A DNA stretch of 51,995 nt from positions 62,001-113,995 of the forward strand of contig JABANN010000035.1 of assembly GCA_013115125.1 (NCBI GenBank), read 5' to 3'. This document shows, piece by piece, positions 48,684 through 51,995 of this stretch; the stretch's first letter is position 1; every line of letters starts with the position of its first letter. Source of the stretch: Perkinsus olseni. Lineage: Eukaryota. Under the pieces are notes generated by a model. That model searched no databases, was not told the origin of the DNA, and saw only the letters and a list, made by a program, of their open reading frames with translations. Made by a program: the position numbers and the translations under genes.

Positions 48684-49294
48684 AAGCGCGATTGCTGTAT
48701 GAGCAAGGGTTCGACCACTTCAGTCTCCCTCATCGGCACTGCCGTCCCGGCATGCTTTTTTGATCGATGTCTAGGCCCATTGTAGCCCACGCTCCGCTCG
48801 AAACTTTAATGCGACCTTACATCCGGGCTGAATGTTTAAATGTTCGAGGACTAGAGTCCCATCTTTCTTCTCTCGTCAACGTATCAGTTAGTTTCATGAG
48901 CGCATTGCTCGTTCTAAGTTAACAGTCAGTTCAGTGAAATCAATGATGCGAGGGCCACAGGAGGTCTCATCGTTCAAAGTCGTGCTCGTCCACCTCGACG
49001 TAAACTGGCACCTTCATCATGATAGAGGCTTCTTGCTGATACGAACGTGTGAACTCCTCGGAAAAGAGGATTTTCACGGGGGAGCGTATCGCCTGCGTAA
49101 TTACATCGGCAATCTTCACTTCGTGAGATAGTTAGATAAAGCCCTACTTCGAGGCTGATCAGGACGTCTGCTCTCGAAGCATGCGACGATCCGACTTAGC
49201 CCGTGGGGTGGGCGGTCGACCCTGTCACAATGCTTTACTGTGAAGGTGGCCAGAAGAATCTTCTTTGTGCGCAGATATCGTGCGGGTGGACCCA

Positions 49295-50027
49295 ACAAGA
49301 CACATGAAAATTTGTTCAGAACAGCTTCAGCTCAGTTACATCCTGTAAGTTGATTTGGTAGATCACGAGTAGCATCAAACGCCTCTCAGGATACTCCGTT
49401 GGGATGACCCGTTAACTCCCCTGCGGGAAATCGGGCCAGCGCGCCATGGCCAATTACTAAAAAGACAATTACTCGAAAACTCCCATGCCAGCAGAGGCAC
49501 CTTCTCTCCTCGTGTGGGTTCCACAACTGTAAACTCTCAAAGTGGGTGTGGGTTCAAACAACGCCACTTAACGGTGAGCTCTGTGTTAACACAGAGCTCA
49601 CCCTTAAGTTGCTAGCACGTAGGCATCAGATCTACCTAAGCCGGCGACGGCGTTGGACTTTGAAGTGACACACACTTGTCTTCCCGTTTATACTTCTCAC
49701 CCACAGTCATTCGCTCCCTTCGCGAAGATGACCAGGAAAACCTCGTCGTGCGTATTCAATGGGTTGGGAAACACAAGACGCACAGAAATGTGTTCAAGAC
49801 AGCTTCAGCTCAGTTACATCATGCGAGTTGATTTGGTAAATGATTTGATTCTTTGAACGCCTCTCAGGGTACTCCTCTCGGAGGACCCGTAAGCACTCCT
49901 GCAGGGGCTCCCCGCCGAGGAATCGGGCCAGCGCGCCATGGCCAATTACTGAAATGACAAATCAAAGACTCCCACGCCATCTGATGTACCTTTTCTCCTC
50001 GTGTGGGTTCCACAAGTGTAAACTCTC
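49295..50027. repeat. Two diverged direct copies of an approximately 250-bp unit (49295-49538 and 49773-50027)
   Basis: Identical blocks ACAGCTTCAGCTCAGTTACATC, AATCGGGCCAGCGCGCCATGGCCAATTACT and TCTCCTCGTGTGGGTTCCACAA occur in both copies. Confidence 0.9.
49566..49609. repeat. 44-bp near-perfect palindrome
   Basis: Perfect 30-bp core GGTGAGCTCTGTGTTAACACAGAGCTCACC (49573-49602), extended by ACTTAA/TTAAGT across one C:C mismatch. Confidence 0.95.
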
Positions 50028-51500
50028 CGACAGTTTGGAATCATGAGTCCAAGTGACGGGAATCGTCGGTTGTCTCGGCACGGCAACGTCATGCGTGAGC
50101 TGCCCTGGCCGTCGCTTCAACCAAGTGCTGGCTTGCATATTCTGAGGAGCGAGAACAGCCTGCTGGGAGACAGGCCAGAGCTGGGACTACAGGATGAAGC
50201 TCACTTTACAGAAAGCTGGCAGAGATTCACACCCGCGAGTTTCTGAGGACAGGCGAGCTCGCTCAGCTGGGGTAGGCGCCTTCTCGTCCATGGCGCCAGC
50301 GTGGCCGGTACGCTCAGGCGTTACAGAAGGGGGTGTAGACGTGGTCATAGATCTTTCCACGATGTACCTATGATACACTGAGAGGCGGTCCCGGCTGCTG
50401 GGAGTTCTTCGCCATACATCCCTAGAAGTCCTTCAGAGTCGTAACGTGCAAAAGGTGGCCAGCTGTCGGTCGCGCCTGGCGGCTCGCCGTTCTGGGGGTC
50501 TTGATCGAAGGGTCCGATCCGGAAAGGTATCTGAGACCTAACGTCCACGACGGTTGCAGCGCGCTATTCGTACCGCACTGGCACGTATGGCATCAACTTC
50601 CACTGTTACTTACACGATTGCATAGCCCGGGAGGCCTCATTCTTATCCTGGCCGCCGCACGAAGGCCATCGAAGTACTGCTCCTTTCGGTGTAGCCTCGT
50701 CGCGAGCTTTTCAAGTCGCTTGATGCGCACTCCCTGAGGGAGTGGCCTGGTTCAAAAGATGGCCTCGTTACTCGGTCCGAGGACCTCGGAGACACGGACC
50801 GCATGATGTCCCTCAACAAGGGAACATTGTCTCCTCAGCTGACTCGACTGGATATGTACGAAGTTGTCGATGCTGACATTCCGCTGCCGAGGTCGCTTGC
50901 GCTCTATCTGATGAGCATGTTCGTTACTGCCGATTGTCACAGCCATCATCGTATCATCATCGAGTAGCTCATCGTAATTTCAGTGGGCATCATAGATGGT
51001 CGTGCCCGCTCTCTCTGCGCTCATTACTAGGTTCTGCATGGGTGCCACGTCGGAATCAAGAATCGGGAGTGGCCGTTGTCTAGTATGACCATGAGCTCGG
51101 CCTCCTCAAGGCAGGCTTTCCCCGACGGTGTTACGTAACCCGACAAAGAGATCTACAATAACCGTGAGTGAATATCGCAAAAGCATGAACGAGCAGAATC
51201 AAACGAAGGGCTACAGTAGCTGCTGCTGGATCTATTCTTCATCTCAATTTACAAGCAGTGAATCCGCCCCGGCACAACAGCACAGGTAAAAAATTACCTT
51301 GCTCTCAGTACAGACACCTTCTTCTAGTGCGGTTGACCCGAATTGCCAGAAAGAGCGACCTGGAAAAAGGCAAATAGCCTCGCCGAGACTAAGCGGCCGA
51401 AACAACAAATTGATGATCGATGCTGAGTCTTCGTCCCCTCCCACATCCCCTAGGCGACAAGAATTCGACCGCAGAAAAAGCGGAGCGAAGCACAATATCC
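49773..51500 (-). pseudogene. Degenerate member of an unidentified multi-exon gene family
   Basis: Minus-strand exon-like pieces (EEGVCTESKVIFYLC, GKACLEEAELMVIL, EFTLVEPTRGE, IGHGALARFLGGEPLQECLRVLREEYP) interrupted by stops. Parts are duplicated nearby. Confidence 0.4.
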
Positions 51501-51995
51501 TTCCTAGGTCTCTATGATGAACAAACCACCTCGTCAGAGATCCTCGAACCTTCAGCTGTGACTGTGACGAACTTGACTCCGTTGGAGCAGTAGCAATGAC
51601 GATGGAACAAAACCTCCATACCTAAGGAGAGCATGATATGCACGTATGTACCAAGATACCAACAGTGCTAATCAACCTTACATTCTTCCAGCATCTCCCT
51701 GGCCTCTGCCTCGGTCATATTATTCCGATGCTTACGGCGCATGATGGGGAGTGCCAAATGTTGGCCAGACTCTGAGGAGACTCTGCTGGGATGACGGTAA
51801 AGCTACAGAAGCTACTAAGGAAGCCGGACAACCCAAGCGCTGATCTGAAAATAATCGGCACAATGGCGGTATGGATGCGTGCTGTAACAAGTTTTGTAGA
51901 TACTATGACCACCGCAGGCGTCGAGGTTACCTGTCGCGACGATGTCCTCCTCGAACAAAGTGCCGTGAAGGTCGACGGTGGCGAGGTAGTAAGGC

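Noticed and set aside
49295-50027. Conserved blocks read as a CRISPR-like array or duplicated ncRNA gene
   Set aside because: Only two units and no repeat-spacer periodicity. The blocks fit minus-strand exons flanking a GT-AG intron.

Overview
Eukaryotic, gene-dense DNA with many short (about 40-60 nt) GT-AG introns. The style and gene families suggest an alveolate protist of the Perkinsus type; this is inference, not a database result. The ORF track fragments most genes, so exons were joined by hand. In order: an atypical Ras-like GTPase with a tRNA-Ser(AGA) nested antisense in one intron; a poorly resolved coiled-coil gene; FAD synthase; an intronless MFS hexose transporter; a probably inactive alpha/beta-hydrolase; a Q-rich protein ending in a CaaX-like motif; and the standout, an approximately 35-exon gene (18387-26123) encoding an N-terminal coiled coil plus EIGHT tandem group I truncated (2/2) haemoglobin domains in a nested (A-B-A'-B')x2 pattern. 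After it come a voltage-gated K+/CNBD channel and an F-box protein with a SKIP31/UL92-like Cys/His domain. A tandemly duplicated cassette follows, pairing a toxin/pheromone-like Cys-rich prepropeptide gene with a GT34-like glycosyltransferase (first GT copy broken). The right end holds a small Cys-rich secreted-type gene and decaying duplicated gene fragments.
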